From: Stegostoma tigrinum
Taxonomy: Eukaryota
Assembly (NCBI RefSeq): GCF_030684315.1
Contig: NC_081366.1
Span: forward strand, 47,964,078-48,028,077
Reading direction: 5' to 3'
Length of the DNA stretch: 64,000 nucleotides
Shown: positions 40,217-56,090 of the stretch, piece after piece
Layout: every line of letters starts with the position of its first letter
Numbering within the stretch: position 1 is the stretch's first letter
Program-made: the position numbers and the translations under genes
Notes under the pieces: generated by a model
Databases searched by the model: none
Told to the model about the DNA's origin: nothing
Seen by the model: the letters and a program-made list of their open reading frames with translations, nothing else

Positions 40217-41737
40217 TGATTTTCATTTGTAAGATCTATAAAAAGTTATCTCTAATTTACATTGTTATTTTAAAAGATCATTAATAGTTTGTTGACTTGT
40301 CTATATCCCACTAAGATAACATCCTCCAGATTTTCATGGAGAATTAAATTGTGTTCAATTCTTGATAGTGATGTGCTGTATTTGCCAAGCCATTACTTCT
40401 CTGGTAATGTTGTGCACGGTTTCTAAAGTGAGTGCTGTCCCAATCAATGATATTTAAAAGCTGTCATTAGATGTACTTTGGAAATTTGTCACTTACAATT
40501 GGTCTTATATATTGGGATTGATGATGTCTGGGAACTGAAAAGAATTTCCTGCATTATTTTCTTTGGCCTACTTTCAGCTAAAAATTATTATCATTGGAAC
40601 TGCAACATTGAGATATTATTCCTGTGTCATGCCTTTAGATGAACTGTTCAGTTAGTTCCATTCCCTGCTTTTACACATCAATCTGCACGTTTTTGCTTTT
40701 CAAAGTAGTAATTATGAATCTGTCAGTTCATTTGCATGAATTATTTAAATGCTTTTTATAAAAAGCCGCTGTTGTATTCCAGAAACCTCTGGTGGCCAGC
40801 ATTGGCTAGAAACTTAGTTGGACCAGCCATATAAACCCTCTGCTATCCCTGTATCTACAGCCGTTTTGTGGTGACTGACTGGTGGAGTTCCCACTTGATT
40901 CAAGTAAAGTGTGTGTCAAAATACTTTGGATTTGCTTGTAGGAGTGAAGTTCTAACATGACTGAAACCTTAATACCATAACTAACCAGTCCACATGACTG
41001 GCACTCCGTCCACCATTTTAAACTTTCAGCACCTCACGGAAAGGATACCTTGTCCAGTGTACGCTACCCAGAGATGCAGTACAGCATCTCAGCAATACTA
41101 CTTGAGCAGCGCTTCCTAAATCTCTGACCTGCAAGTTGGAAGGATGAGCATAGGTGCTTAGAAAGACCTCCTCCAAGTTGTACACCATCCTGACTTGGAG
41201 AAATGTTGTCATTCTTTCGTCATTGATGTCTTTAGAACACTCTAATTAACAGCAGTTTTGAACTACTATCACTAAATGGATTTCAGATGAAATGGGTTAC
41301 TAACCATCACCTGTTAAGGGCAATTACTGATTGGTTAAAAAAAAGACAGTCAAGCTTGCATTTTGTGAATGAACAAGTTAAAACAAAACGTAAATGCTGC
41401 TGGAAATCTGACGAAATTAAAATGCTGTTGAAGGTACTGAACAGGTTAGGCAGCATCATTTGACGCTGCTGAGTGTTTCTATTTTGATTTTTAGTGATGA
41501 CTTTTTGGTGAAGTAACAATAATTCTGCTAATGAATCAAGTATCTTTATTGTTTTACTAACCTACAAAAATTTAAGTTTTGTCAACAGCAAGTGTCATCC
41601 TTTCCCTTTGTCAGGCTCTCTCAGGTTGTGCTGTGGGTATTCTAAAACCTAGTAGAAAATATACAAACGACAAAAGTTTTCCTTTTGTAAAATTAAACAT
41701 TTGTGATTCATACAGGAGAATGAACACTTTTTCCTAA

Positions 41738-41944
<207 letters not shown>

Positions 41945-42356
41945 TAAGTGTTTTATGTTGTAAAATGTTGATATTACCTTAGTGAAATCATTAGAATTTA
42001 CAATTAAAAATAACAATAATATTATTTGTATATCTACGGGTGTACTGTAGAGTATAGACTGATTCAAACACAAATCTGGTGAATCAAAGAAACCGAGTAT
42101 AGGATGGACGGGCAGTATAGAAATTGTTAATTGCAGTGCTATGATTTCGAACAAGAGTGCCAAATGTATGTTACAGTTTGGACCAATAACAGTTTGCTTA
42201 ATGAAGACATAATTGGAAATCCAGGTACTTACTAGTAGATATTGTAATCTAATCGTAAAATTTGTTGGGTAAATTATTTTAGTAATTTCAATTTATTCAT
42301 CAGTTTATTTATCAAACTTGCTGGTCTTAATTGACTTTTTGATTTTCTTTTTAAAG

Positions 42357-42460
42357 AGAATTGATCAAGTATGAGTTCTTCCCTGAAGCTACTCGCACTG
42401 TAGAAGATGTGGAAAAATATCCCAAGTACCCTTGGGGGAGGGATATTTATAGTTTAGAAG
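42357..42460 (+). CDS. FBXO38: FBXO38 coding exon
   Basis: ttaaag|A GAA TTG...: [34 protein letters not shown]. Donor G|gttggt; 104 nt. Confidence 0.95.
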
Positions 42461-42559
42461 GTTGGTACAAGTATGTGATTTAGTAGTTAAAAGACTGGAG
42501 TTTTCATACTTTGGGTAGCTACGGGTTCACAAGCACAGATAATTTTTAAATATATACCT

Positions 42560-42785
42560 TACGTAGAAGGTCGTGGATGTCTGGAACTCTGTGGAGGCAG
42601 TGGAAGCAGATACTATAGTGACTTTTAACGGGCACCTTGACAAATACATGAATAGGATGGGAACGGAGGGATATGGTCCCCGGAAGGGTAGGGGGTTTTA
42701 GTGACGTGATGGGCAGCATGTTGGTGCAAATTTGGAGGGCCTGTTCCTGTACTCTAATTTTCTTTGTTCTTATTTTGTTCTATGT
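42560..42785 (+). mobile_element. CR1 3' end fragment
   Basis: RVVDVWNS..AVEA motif and 3' tail gggcctgttcctgt...ctttgttct. Confidence 0.7.
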
Positions 42786-43212
42786 ACTAAGCTCGGGTAA
42801 CAGATTTTCATTTTACCTTTGAACTTTAATCAGCAAACTAGTTGCGACGGGCAGGTTGCAACCTCAAAGGAGCACATCTAGTGACTGCTGCAATCTATTT
42901 ATCCCATCTCATGTTCTCCGTGGTAGCTTTATCTTTATTTTTTTTTGTCTGATGATCTATGAGAGAGATTGTGGATTATGGTCATTTTCCCAAATTCCTC
43001 CCATCCCAGCTGCTAAAGCATTGAGGTGCATTATACTATTTTTAAAATTGGTTATGCCTGTATCAAGACCATTATGATTATTGTACATGTAGGTTTAGGA
43101 TTCAGTACTTTACTTATTCAGTAAGTCTTTTTTAACATCTAATACTTGGACAGGGGAGAAAATGCAATTTCCTCAGTTCTTAGATGTTCTACTCAGGGTT
43201 TTGTTTTGATAG

Positions 43213-43326
43213 GAACAGTAGATGGAGCCCCTTACTTCATGATTACTGATTTCCCTTGGCTTCGTTCACTACGCACTGCAGAACCAAACAGCTATGCAAG
43301 ATATGACTTTGAAGACGATGAGAGAA
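43213..43326 (+). CDS. FBXO38: FBXO38 coding exon
   Basis: gatag|GA ACA...: (G)[37 protein letters not shown]. Donor A|gtaagt; 114 nt. Confidence 0.95.
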
Positions 43327-44441
43327 GTAAGTACTGTTTCAATCTCTAGGTATCTAGACCATGATTTTTACAATCAGGATTCAAGCTTTCTGAATGTTCG
43401 TGGAATGACTTTTGGTTTCTTCATGTGGATCTGCACATCCCTTTTCGACCCAGTATTTATTTGTCGTCCCTCTTTGCTGGTTCATTATGACATTTCATGT
43501 GATGCATTGATGTTTAAGAAAAAGTTCAGCAACAACATTGGGCCACAACCAGAACTTACTTACCGACTGACTTCGTGCCATCTTCATTATGATTGGGTAA
43601 TTTAGGACAGATTATGAATTGAACTCAGACATTCAGTGCAAGAGGCTTAACAGATGAGGTAGATGAACTCAGGGCATGGCTGGGATATCATAGCAATTAC
43701 AGAAATGTAGCTCAGGGCTGGACAGGACTGGCAACTTAATGTCCCAGGGTATGAATACTATAGGAAGGATAGAAGGAGAGGAGTGGAAGTGGCATCTTTG
43801 ATTAGGGTGACATTATGACTGTACTTAGGAAGAATACTCCTGGGAGTGCACCCAGAGATGTTATTTGGGTGGAAGTAAGAAATAAGAAAGGAATGATCAC
43901 CTTATTGGGATTGTACTGTTAAACCCACCACCACCACCACCACCAAAGTAGTCAGCAGGAAATTGAGAAACAAATTTATACGGAGATCTCCGTTATCTAT
44001 AAGAATAATACAGTGGTTATGGTAGGGGAATTTTAACTTTCTAAACGTAGCCTGGGACTGCTATACTGTTAAAGGTTTGGATGGAAAGGAATTTAAGTGT
44101 GTTTTGAAAAGTTTTATTATGCACTATGTGGATGTAATGACTATAGAGAAGGTGCAAAAACCTAACCTATTCTTGGGAAAAAGGCAGGGCAGGTGACTGA
44201 GGTATCAGTGGAGGAACACTTTTGGGAGCCATTGACAATATTTCTACTAGTTTTAAAATATGATGGAAAAGAGTAGACCGGATCTAAAAGTTAAAGTTCT
44301 AAATTGGAGGAAGGCTAATTTTGATGGTAATAGGTAAGAACTTTCAAAAGTTGATTGGAGGCAGATGTTCGCAAGTAAAAAGACAGGTGGAAAAAGGGAA
44401 ACCTTCAAAAAAATGAGATAATGATAGTCCAGAGACTGTAT

Positions 44442-44567
44442 GAGATAACAAGAACTGCATATGCTGGAAGTCAGAGTTGATATAGTGTGGAGCTGGAGAA
44501 ACACAGCAGGTTGGGCAGCATCAGAGGAACAGGAAATTCGACTTTTCAGGTCAGGACCCTTCATCAG
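44442..44567 (-). mobile_element. Short PLE 3'-end copy with hammerhead-like core
   Basis: 8-bp TSD GACTGTAT (44434-44441 / 44568-44575). Reverse complement CTGATGA AGGGTCCTGACCT GAAAA GTC. Confidence 0.75.
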
Positions 44568-45775
44568 GACTGTATTTTCCTGTTAGGGTGAAGGGCGAGG
44601 CTGGTAAATGTAGGGAATGCTGGCTGACTGGAGAAATTGAGGTTGGTGAAGACTAGCAAGGAAGCATATGTCGGGTATAGACCTCAGAGATCGAGTGTAT
44701 CCCTTAAAAGAAGTAGGATTATGCTTGTGATGTAAATCAGGAGGGCAAAAAGAGGACATGAGAGAGCTTTAGCAAATAGGGTTAAGGAGAATCCAAAGGG
44801 ATTCTACACATACGTTAAGGACAGAAGGGTAACAGGGAGAGAATTGGGCCCCTTAAAGATTAGCAAGGCCACTTATGTGTAGAACCATTGGAGATGGAAG
44901 AGATACTAAATGTGTATGTTGCGTCACAGTTTACTGTGGAGAAAGATATGGAAGCTAGAGAATGTGGGAAAATAAATAACAACGTCTCAAAAAATGTCCA
45001 TTTTGTGCAGGTGGTGGTGCTGGATGTTTTAAAATGCATAAAGGTGGATAAATCCCTAGACCTGATCAGGTGTACCTTAGAATTCTGTGAGAGGCTAGAG
45101 AAGTGATTGCTGGGCTCCTTGCTGAGATATTTGTATCATTGATAGCCACAAATGAAGTGCGAGAAGACTGGATGTAGGCTAACGCAGTGCCATTATTTAA
45201 GGAAGGTGGTAAGAAAAAGCCAGAGAACTATAGACTAGTGAGCCTGACATCGGGGGTGGGCAAGTTGTTGGAGGGAATCCTGAGGAATAGAATTTACAAA
45301 TATTCGGAAAGGCAGTGACAGATTAGGGACATTTACTTGGCTTTGTGTGTGCAAAATCATGTCTCACTAACTTGATTGAGTTTTTTGGAGAAATAACGAA
45401 GAGAATTGATGAGGGCAGGGCAGTGAACATGATCGAAATGGACTTTTGGGCAAAGTTAGATTACATAGAATAAATGAACTAGCTATTTGATTGCAGAACT
45501 GGCTGAAAGGTGGAAGACCGTGGTTGGTTTTGGAGGGTTGCTTTTCAGACTGGAGGCCAGTGGTGTGCCACATAGATTGGTGCTGGGTCTGCTCTATAAA
45601 TGGTTTGGATGTGAACATAGCAGGTATCAGTAGTAAGTTTGCAGATGACACCAAAATTGGAGGTGTAGTTGACAGCGACGAAGGTTACCTCAGAGTACAA
45701 TGGAGTCTTGATCAGACAGGTTAAAGGGCTGAGGAGCTGCAGATGAAGTTTAATTTAGATAAATGGACTATTTTC

Positions 45776-46524
45776 TAAATGGTGAGAAAATTCATAAAGC
45801 AGAAGTACAAAGGGATCTGGGAGTGTTGGCCCAGGATTCTCTCAAAGTTAACTTGCAGGTAGAGTCTGTGATTTAAGAAAGCAAATGTAATGTTGTCGTT
45901 TATCTCAAGAGGGTTGGAATATAAAAGCAGCGATGTGCTTCTGAGGCTTTATAAAGCTCTAGTTAGGCCCCATTTAGAATACTGTGTTCAATTTTGGGCC
46001 CCACACCTCAGGAAGGACATACTAGACCTGGAGCGTGTTCAGCGCAGATTCACGTGGATGATCCCTGGAATGGTAGGTTTAACATATGATGAATGGCTAA
46101 GGATCCTGGGATTGTACTCATTAGAGTTTAGAAGGTTGAGGGGAGATCTAATAGAAACTTACAAAATAATGTATGGTATAGAAGGGGTGGACGCTAGGAA
46201 GTTGTTTCCGTTAGGTGGGGAGACTAGGACCCGTGGGCACAGCCTTAAAATTAGAAGGGGTAAATTTAAAACGGAAATGAGACGACATTTCTTCAGCCAG
46301 AGACTGGTGGGTTTGTGGAATTCATTGCCACAGAGTGCAGTGGAGGCCGGGACATTAGATGCCTTCAAGACAGAGATCGACAAATTGTTGATCTCAGAAG
46401 GAATCAAGGGCTACGGGGAGAGTGCAGGGAAGTGGAGTTGAAATGCCCATCAGCCATGATTTAAATGGCGGAGTGGACTTAATGGGCCGAATGGCCTTAC
46501 TTCCAATCCTATGTCTTATGGTCT
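45776..46524 (+). mobile_element. Younger 5'-truncated CR1 nested in the old CR1
   Basis: Uninterrupted 183-aa ORF 45890-46441 (LYKALVRPHLEYCVQFWAP...WNSLP), tail cctatgtcttatggtctt, flanked by taaatg on both sides. Confidence 0.9.
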
Positions 46525-46537
46525 TAAATGTGAGATG

Positions 46538-46753
46538 AGATAGTGGGAACTGCAGATGGAGAATCCAAGATAACCAATTGTGTAGCTGGATGAATACAGC
46601 AGGCCAAGCAGCATCTCAGGAGCACAAAAGCTGACGTTTCGGGCCTAGACCCTTCTTCAGAGCTGATGTTTTGGTCTAGGCCCAAAACATCAGCTTTTGT
46701 GCTCCTGAGCTGCTGCTTGGCCTGCTGTGTTCATCCAGCTACACACTTTGTTA
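46538..46753. mobile_element. Mini fold-back PLE (family B)
   Basis: 16-bp TSD TCTTAAATGTGAGATG (46522-46537 / 46754-46769). Two inverted 3'-end arms; the minus arm has CTGAAGA AGGGTCTAGGCCC GAAAC GTC at 46633-46660. Confidence 0.88.
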
Positions 46754-49419
46754 TCTTAAATGTGAGATGCAGCATTTTGGGAAGGCAAATCAGAGCAGGA
46801 CTTATACACTTAATGGTAATTTCCTGGGGAACAAACTTGGAGTGCAGATTCATAGTCCCTTTAAAAGTGGAGTCGCAGGCAGATAGGATAATAAAGAATT
46901 CGTTTGATATGCTTGTCTTTATTGGCCAGTGCATTGAGTATGAGAGTTGGGAGGTCATGTTGAGGCTGTACACGACATTAGTCAGAGCACTGTTGGAGAA
47001 CTGCATGTAATTCTGGTCTCTGCTATAGGAAGGGTGTAATGAAAATTTTAGAAAGGTTCAGAAAAGATTTACAAGAATGTTACCACGGTTAGAGGGTTTG
47101 AGCTATAGGGAGAGACTAAACAGGCTGGGGCTAGATTCCCTGGAGCATTGGAGGCTGAAGGGTGACTTTATTGAGGTTTACAAAATCATGAGGGACATGG
47201 GATAGGGTAAATAGACGTCTTTTCCGTGGAGTAGGGGTGTCCAAAACTAGAAGGTGTAGGTTTAAGCTGAGAGGGGAAAGATTTAAAATCAATCTAAAGG
47301 GGCAACTTTTTCATGCAGAGGGTGGTATGTGTATGGAATGAGCTGCCAGAGGAAGTGGTGGAGGCTGGTACAATTACAATATTTTAAAAACATCTGGATA
47401 GGTATATGAATAAGAAGGGTTTAGAAGAATATGGGCCAAATGCTGGCAAATGGCACTATATTTATTTAGGATATCTGGTTGGCGTGGCCGAGCTAGACAG
47501 GAGGTTTGCATTCATGCTGTATATCTCTATAACCCTGACTCTGACTCTGTTAGCTAGTCCTTACAAAATGTTGAATGGTGAACCTGTAGAATTCAAAACC
47601 ACAGAAAGTGGTTGATGCCAAACCATTGTGTTTTCAAGATGGAGGTAGATATAGCCATTTTTAGCTAAAGGGATCAGAGAAGGGTGGGATTAGCATATTG
47701 AACTCAAGTGATCAGCCGTGAGCATATTGAAATGTGACGCAGGCTCATGGGCTCAATCGGCTTATTCCTGCTCCTGTCTTTTATGTTCTGCATTTGTGTA
47801 ATTCAAAAAAGCTTGCCACCTATTGAAGCTCATCAGGCTAATATGTCAAAAAAAAACTCAGTTTACCATCTGGTCGCGTCCTGTTAAGTGTGCATTTCCA
47901 ATACACTTGCCGCTTTTGACGTAAAGTTGTTTCAAGGTCTGCTTTTTTTTAAACCAGCTTATCTTTATAGCATACATTCTTGTTTTCCTCACTTGAGCAT
48001 TCAGACTTAATCATTTATGTTTCTGTGGAATTTAGCTTTATTTAAGATTTCCATGAAAGGTGGAGGGCACAAGGAGCAAAAGTTTATTTTGAGCAGTAAA
48101 GCCATCACGGGATAGGAATAATTAAAAGATAAATAATAATCAAAAACCTGTAGTTTAGTTTCCTTTTAATTAAAATTTCTGTGCTAATTCTTAAGAACAA
48201 GATTTCAAAATGTATGGAGTTATATGGAGTTAAAATTGGGCCCATAAGGCCAGAACATCATCACTGCAGTCAAAGATTTAAAATATTATAAGATTATGCC
48301 TCAGCTGTCTTCTACAGTGAAGTGAGTGAGAGCCAGGTTCTTCCTCATTTCACTATCCAACCCTTATTTGTGGTATTATGAGCAGATCAAAAGTGGTCGT
48401 AGCACCCCTTTTTTTTGTATTATTTAACTCCCTTTCAATGAGTCTTTTTTTGTCTTGTTATTCTTCATTCTTGCTAAGGTAAAATAATATAATTGGAAAG
48501 TCAGTTTCAAGACTTTCCTCAGTGGAGTTTTATAAACTCACTTTCCAGTCTCAAATAAAAAGAGTGACAACATTAATGTCCAATTAATGAGCTTACAAAG
48601 AAAGTTAGGTGGGGTGCGAAGAATATCTGGTACAGACAGGAAGTCCATTGCAATCTAGTTTTTTATTTCTCAAGAATCTTTTCAGTTATGTTCATGAAAA
48701 AAATCTTAATCCAACTGTTTAGCTGTTTTCTTTCTCCCCTCTAATGGTTAAGCTGCAGATGTCCTGGAGTTTTTAGTGAATCGTTCTTGTTCCAATTTAC
48801 TTTTCATAAGCTAGTTTCTGAACTTGGGGGTCCTGTATGTGAGAGAGAGAGAGAGAAAACTTCCGATATCGTTGTTGGTATCAGTCTATATTATTTTGCC
48901 ACTGCCTTGTTGCTCAGAGCAAGCAATTTTAAGTATGGTTCCTTTGTATATCCTTAGTCTAGCTCCATTTTCTCTCAAACTGAACATTCTGCACGTGCCC
49001 TTTTTTTTTTCTCCAATAAGTTACCACACAGGTGTAAGTGAAATAAGAGATGTGAATTTCCCAATCCTTTCCTAATCCCGTCTGAGTGTTTCAGGATTTT
49101 GCGATTAAAATTGTAATTTCAAAGCAGTTGATTTTGTCTATTCTGTGTCGGATTTCTTGGCTTGACAGGTGTTCACTGTAGCCATTTTAAGTAAGCAACA
49201 TCTATTTTAAAACTATTTCTAGTCCATGAAAGCCTCGTGTATTGAAGGCAAATAGCGGAGGTTGAATATTGATGTCAATCATAGTAGTGCACATCTTTAT
49301 TTATGGCAAATTAATTATTACTTTTCCAGATGATGTACTTTAAGAGAAAAGAAAAGCCCTGTAATTCAACTGAGCTAAGTTGAATAGTCTTGAATCCTGT
49401 GCTATGTTCTAATGTTCTG

Positions 49420-52258
<2,839 letters not shown>

Positions 52259-52649
52259 CTATGCCTTTCTTGCGCATGACTGTCCAAAGGCCAGAGACTA
52301 CAGCCTGCAAGATTTGATTTATCAGCACTGTGTAGCTGAATTATACCCAAATACTTTTGGAACAAATTATATAATTGTGTATAAAATATTTGTGTACAAA
52401 TGATTTCTGTATAGAAATGCTCTTAAAATTAATTGGCTTCCGGAAGCAGTATCATTTCATATGTTTATACAATTTAATTCATTCAAATGTTATTGAAAGG
52501 GAAATAAATAGGTTTTAAGAAGAGGCTATTTATATCCCCAATTATATAGTTACTAAGATGAACATTTTCTGATATTTTGTTACAATATTGTTAGGTAGAA
52601 AAATATGTATTAAAAATCAAGGCCGTGTTCTTTGGCAGACTACACGCTC

Positions 52650-52655
52650 AATAAA
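52650..52655 (+). terminator. Candidate polyadenylation signal (alternative AATAAA at 52503-52508)
   Basis: AATAAA ~390 nt after the stop, followed by U/GU-rich sequence (ctttttttcctgtgttgcatttt). Confidence 0.55.
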
Positions 52656-53340
52656 AGACATGACTTAGTTCTTTGAATATTCTTTGGTACTTACGTGCCT
52701 TTTTTTCCTGTGTTGCATTTTTATAAATGAAGACTTGAAAAAAACACAAACTGTGTCTTCTTTTTGTAGGCACTTACAAATATATCCGATTTGAACAGTA
52801 CATTGATCCATCATTGAGGCAATTAACCAAGAAGGAGAGTCATGAACCAGTAACAGAAAATAGTATTTCATTACACAGTGACGTGTGTTTTGTAATGCAC
52901 TGCTTGCAAGGAATGAAGTGGCAGGGAAAATGTATTATAATATAGTATTTAAGTATGAAAAGCATTTCTGAAAACTTATTTCCCTGGACCTCTTTTCGCA
53001 ACAAGTTTTTCCAAATTCTGCTTTGATTTCTCACTAATGTCTGTAGAATACATACAAAAGTAAGAATTATTTCATGTTTTAAATGATTTGACCCCATACC
53101 TGCAAGTATCTGACTTTTTCTTACTTAATGAAATGCATTCAGCTTGATTTCAGTTTGACCCTTTAATCTTTTGATTTGGGTCCTTGTCACCTTCAAACTG
53201 TCATTTTTCCTTACGAGTGGTTCAGTTTTTAATAACACTAAAATTTTAAAAATTAATTTTTAATTAATGTAATTAACAGCTTTCAATAGTATTTGAAGGG
53301 CCAGTTCATTAGTTTCAGAACCAACTTAGAGTAATCATTG

Positions 53341-53543
53341 ATAATGGGAACTGCAGATGCTGTAGAATCCAAGATAACAAAGTGTGGAGCTGGATGAACA
53401 CAGCAGGCCAAGCAGTATCTCAGGAACACAAAAGCTGACGTTGACTCTCTGATGAAGGGTCGAGGCCTGAAACGTCAGCTTTTGTGCTCCTGAGATGCTG
53501 CTTGGCCTGCTGTGTTCATCCAGCTCCACACTTTGTTATCTTG
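53341..53543. mobile_element. Mini fold-back PLE (family B)
   Basis: 12-bp TSD GAGTAATCATTG (53329-53340 / 53544-53555). Inverted arms; plus-strand core CTGATGA AGGGTCGAGGCCT GAAAC GTC at 53449-53476. Confidence 0.88.
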
Positions 53544-53827
53544 GAGTAATCATTGGCTGACAGGAAGATTGAGATAAGCCAAGTCCCTTGTTACTGACTG
53601 TTATCGCAGTATTATGCAACCAGACTAATACAATGGATGTCCGTTTTGAATACACAATACAAACACAACATTTTTTTCTATGCAGATGTGTTATATTTAT
53701 TTCTGTTAACTCAATTTTAGTTCATGCCAGTTTTATGTAGCCTTGTGCTCAGACAGAGCTCTACACACTTGTCGCAATGTGTTTATAAATTTGTTTCAAT
53801 GTCTAACAAGTAACAAGTTGGAACTGA

Positions 53828-55149
53828 GTGATAATGGGAACTGCAGATGCTGGAGAATCCAAGATAATAAAGTGTGAAGCTGGATGAACACAGCAGGCCA
53901 AGCAGCATCTCAGGAGCACAAAAGCTGACGTTTCGGGCCTAGACCCTTCATCATAGAGGGGGATGGGGTGAGGGTTCTGGAATAAATAGGGAGAGAGGGG
54001 GAGGTGGACCGAAGATGGAGAGAAAAGAAGATAGGTGGAGAGGAGAGTATAGGTAGGGAGGGGATAGGTCAGTCCAGGGAAGACGGACAGGTCAAGGAGG
54101 TGGGATGAGGTTAGTAGGTAGGAGATGGAGGTGTGGCTTAGGGTGGGAGGAAGGGATAGGTGAGAGGAAGACACTTCTGCCATCTACAATCCGACCCCCC
54201 CCACCCTTGTCTGCTTTCCGGAGAGAACACTCTCTTCATGACTCCCTTGTTCGCTCCACACTGCCCTCCAACCCCACCACATCCGGCACCTTCTGCAACC
54301 GCAGGAAATGCTACCCTTGCCCCCACACCACCTCCCTCACCCCTATCCCAGGCCCCAAGATGACTTTCCATATTAAGCAGAGGTTCACCTACACATCTGC
54401 CAATGTGGTATACTGTATCCATTGTACCCGGTGTGGCTTCCTCTACGTTGGGGAAACCAAGCGGAGGCTTGGGGACCGCTTTGCAGAACACCTCCGTTCA
54501 GTTCGCAATAAACAACTGCACCTCCCAGTCGCGAACCATTTCAACTCCCCCTCCCATTCTTTAGATGACATGTCCATCATGGGCCTCCTGCAGTGCCACA
54601 ATGATGCCACCCGAAGGTTGCAGGAATAGCAACTCATTATTCCGCTTAGGTACCCTGCAGCCCAATGGTATCAATGTGGACTTCACCAGCTTCAAAATCT
54701 CCCCTTGCCCCACCGCATCCCAAAGCCAACCCAGTTCATCCCATCCCCTCCCCCTCTGCACCACACAACCAGCCCAGCTCTTCCCCTCCCCCCACTGCAT
54801 CCCAAAACCAGCCCAGCCTGTCTCTGCCTCCCTAACCTGTTCTTCCTCTCACCTATCCCTTCTTCCCACCCCAAGTTGCACCTCCGTTTCCTACCTACAA
54901 ACCTCATCCCACCTCCTTGACCTGTCCATCTTCCCTGGACTGACCTATCCCCTCCCTACCTCCCCACCTGTACTCTCCTCTCCACCTATCTTCTCTCCAT
55001 CTTCGGCCCGCCTCCCCCTCTCTCCCTATTTATTTCAGAACCCTCACCCCATTCCCCCTCTCTAATGAAGGGTCTAGGCCCGAAACATCAGCTTTTGTGC
55101 TCCTGAGATGCTGCTTGGCCTGCTGTGTTCATCCAGCTTCACACTTTAT
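53828..55149. mobile_element. Penelope-like element (family B) with inverted arms and GIY-YIG fragment on +
   Basis: 17-bp TSD with one mismatch, TAACAAGTT(G/A)GAACTGA (53811-53827 / 55150-55166). ORF contains NVVYCIHCTRCGFLYVGETKRRL with a premature TAG. Minus arm spans 53828-~54170. Confidence 0.92.
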
Positions 55150-55504
55150 TAACAAGTTAGAACTGATGTGCAACAGCTTATATTTTTGACGTGAGGAATA
55201 ATAAGTAATAGCATATAAAGCAGTTGATCCTGTGTGTAGTTTGCCAGTCTTCTCTCTACCTTCCAATCTCTCTCATAACTGACAAACCTGCTGCTGCAGA
55301 GTTAAAAAAATAATTTTTGTTTTGAGTCCACCACATAATTGCAGGCTTGAGATGGTGTTGGCAAGTAGGAGTTATGTTCTTTCAAGGATTTTTTGATCAC
55401 TAATGCCTTTGTTTTCCTATATTGCAAACTCCTTGTCTGGAGGTTACAGAAATATAGACAGCAGACCAGTGTGTTTTGATGCTTTCCTGGTTAACCACAC
55501 CATT

Positions 55505-56090
55505 TTTTTGTTCATTCCTTGGATATGAATGTACAGGCAAGGCCAGCATTTATTACCCATTGCAACCTACTTGAGATGGTGCTAGTGAACCGTTTCCTTG
55601 TAACGTTTCCTTCCCTGTTGTGTATGTATGCTAACAGTGCTGTTAGACTGTTCCAAGGTTTTTGACCCCATGACAATGAAGGAAAGTATACTTCCGAGTC
55701 AAGATGACAGTCTGCAAGGGAATTGAAAGTGGTGGTGATTCTTTATATGTACTGCTTTCATTTTTATTTCCAGGTAGCAGAAGTCAGGGATTTGGCAGGT
55801 GCTGTTGAAGAAGCCCTGGAGAGTTACTACAGGGCATCTCATGATGTGTCCCTGTGGTTGTAAGGAGTGAATGAGTAAGGTGATGGGTCAGACACTGATT
55901 AAGTAAACAACTGTTGTCCTGGATGAAGTCATGCTTTTTGGGGTATTATAGCTACACTCATCCAGCTGAGTAGAGAATTCCTGATTTATGCCTTGTCTTT
56001 AGACAAACTTTTAGAAACCAGAAAATGAGGCACTTGCCACAGAATACCCAGCCTCTGACCCTAACTATCTTTGGTAACGCTAGAAATGAT
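55505..56090 (-). mobile_element. L2-like LINE relic
   Basis: Collinear with the 21055-21650 and 16000-16310 copies. Confidence 0.6.

Larger units (their letters stand above)
43600..47545 (+). mobile_element. Old CR1 LINE with near full-length decayed ORF2, host of three nested insertions
   Basis: Endonuclease motifs (DIIAITE, GEF), RT motifs (SKFADDTKIGG) and 3' tail ctctataaccctgactctgactct. Confidence 0.9.

Noticed and set aside
45890-46441. 183-aa ORF as a host gene
   Set aside because: It is the C-terminus of CR1 ORF2 in a 5'-truncated copy.
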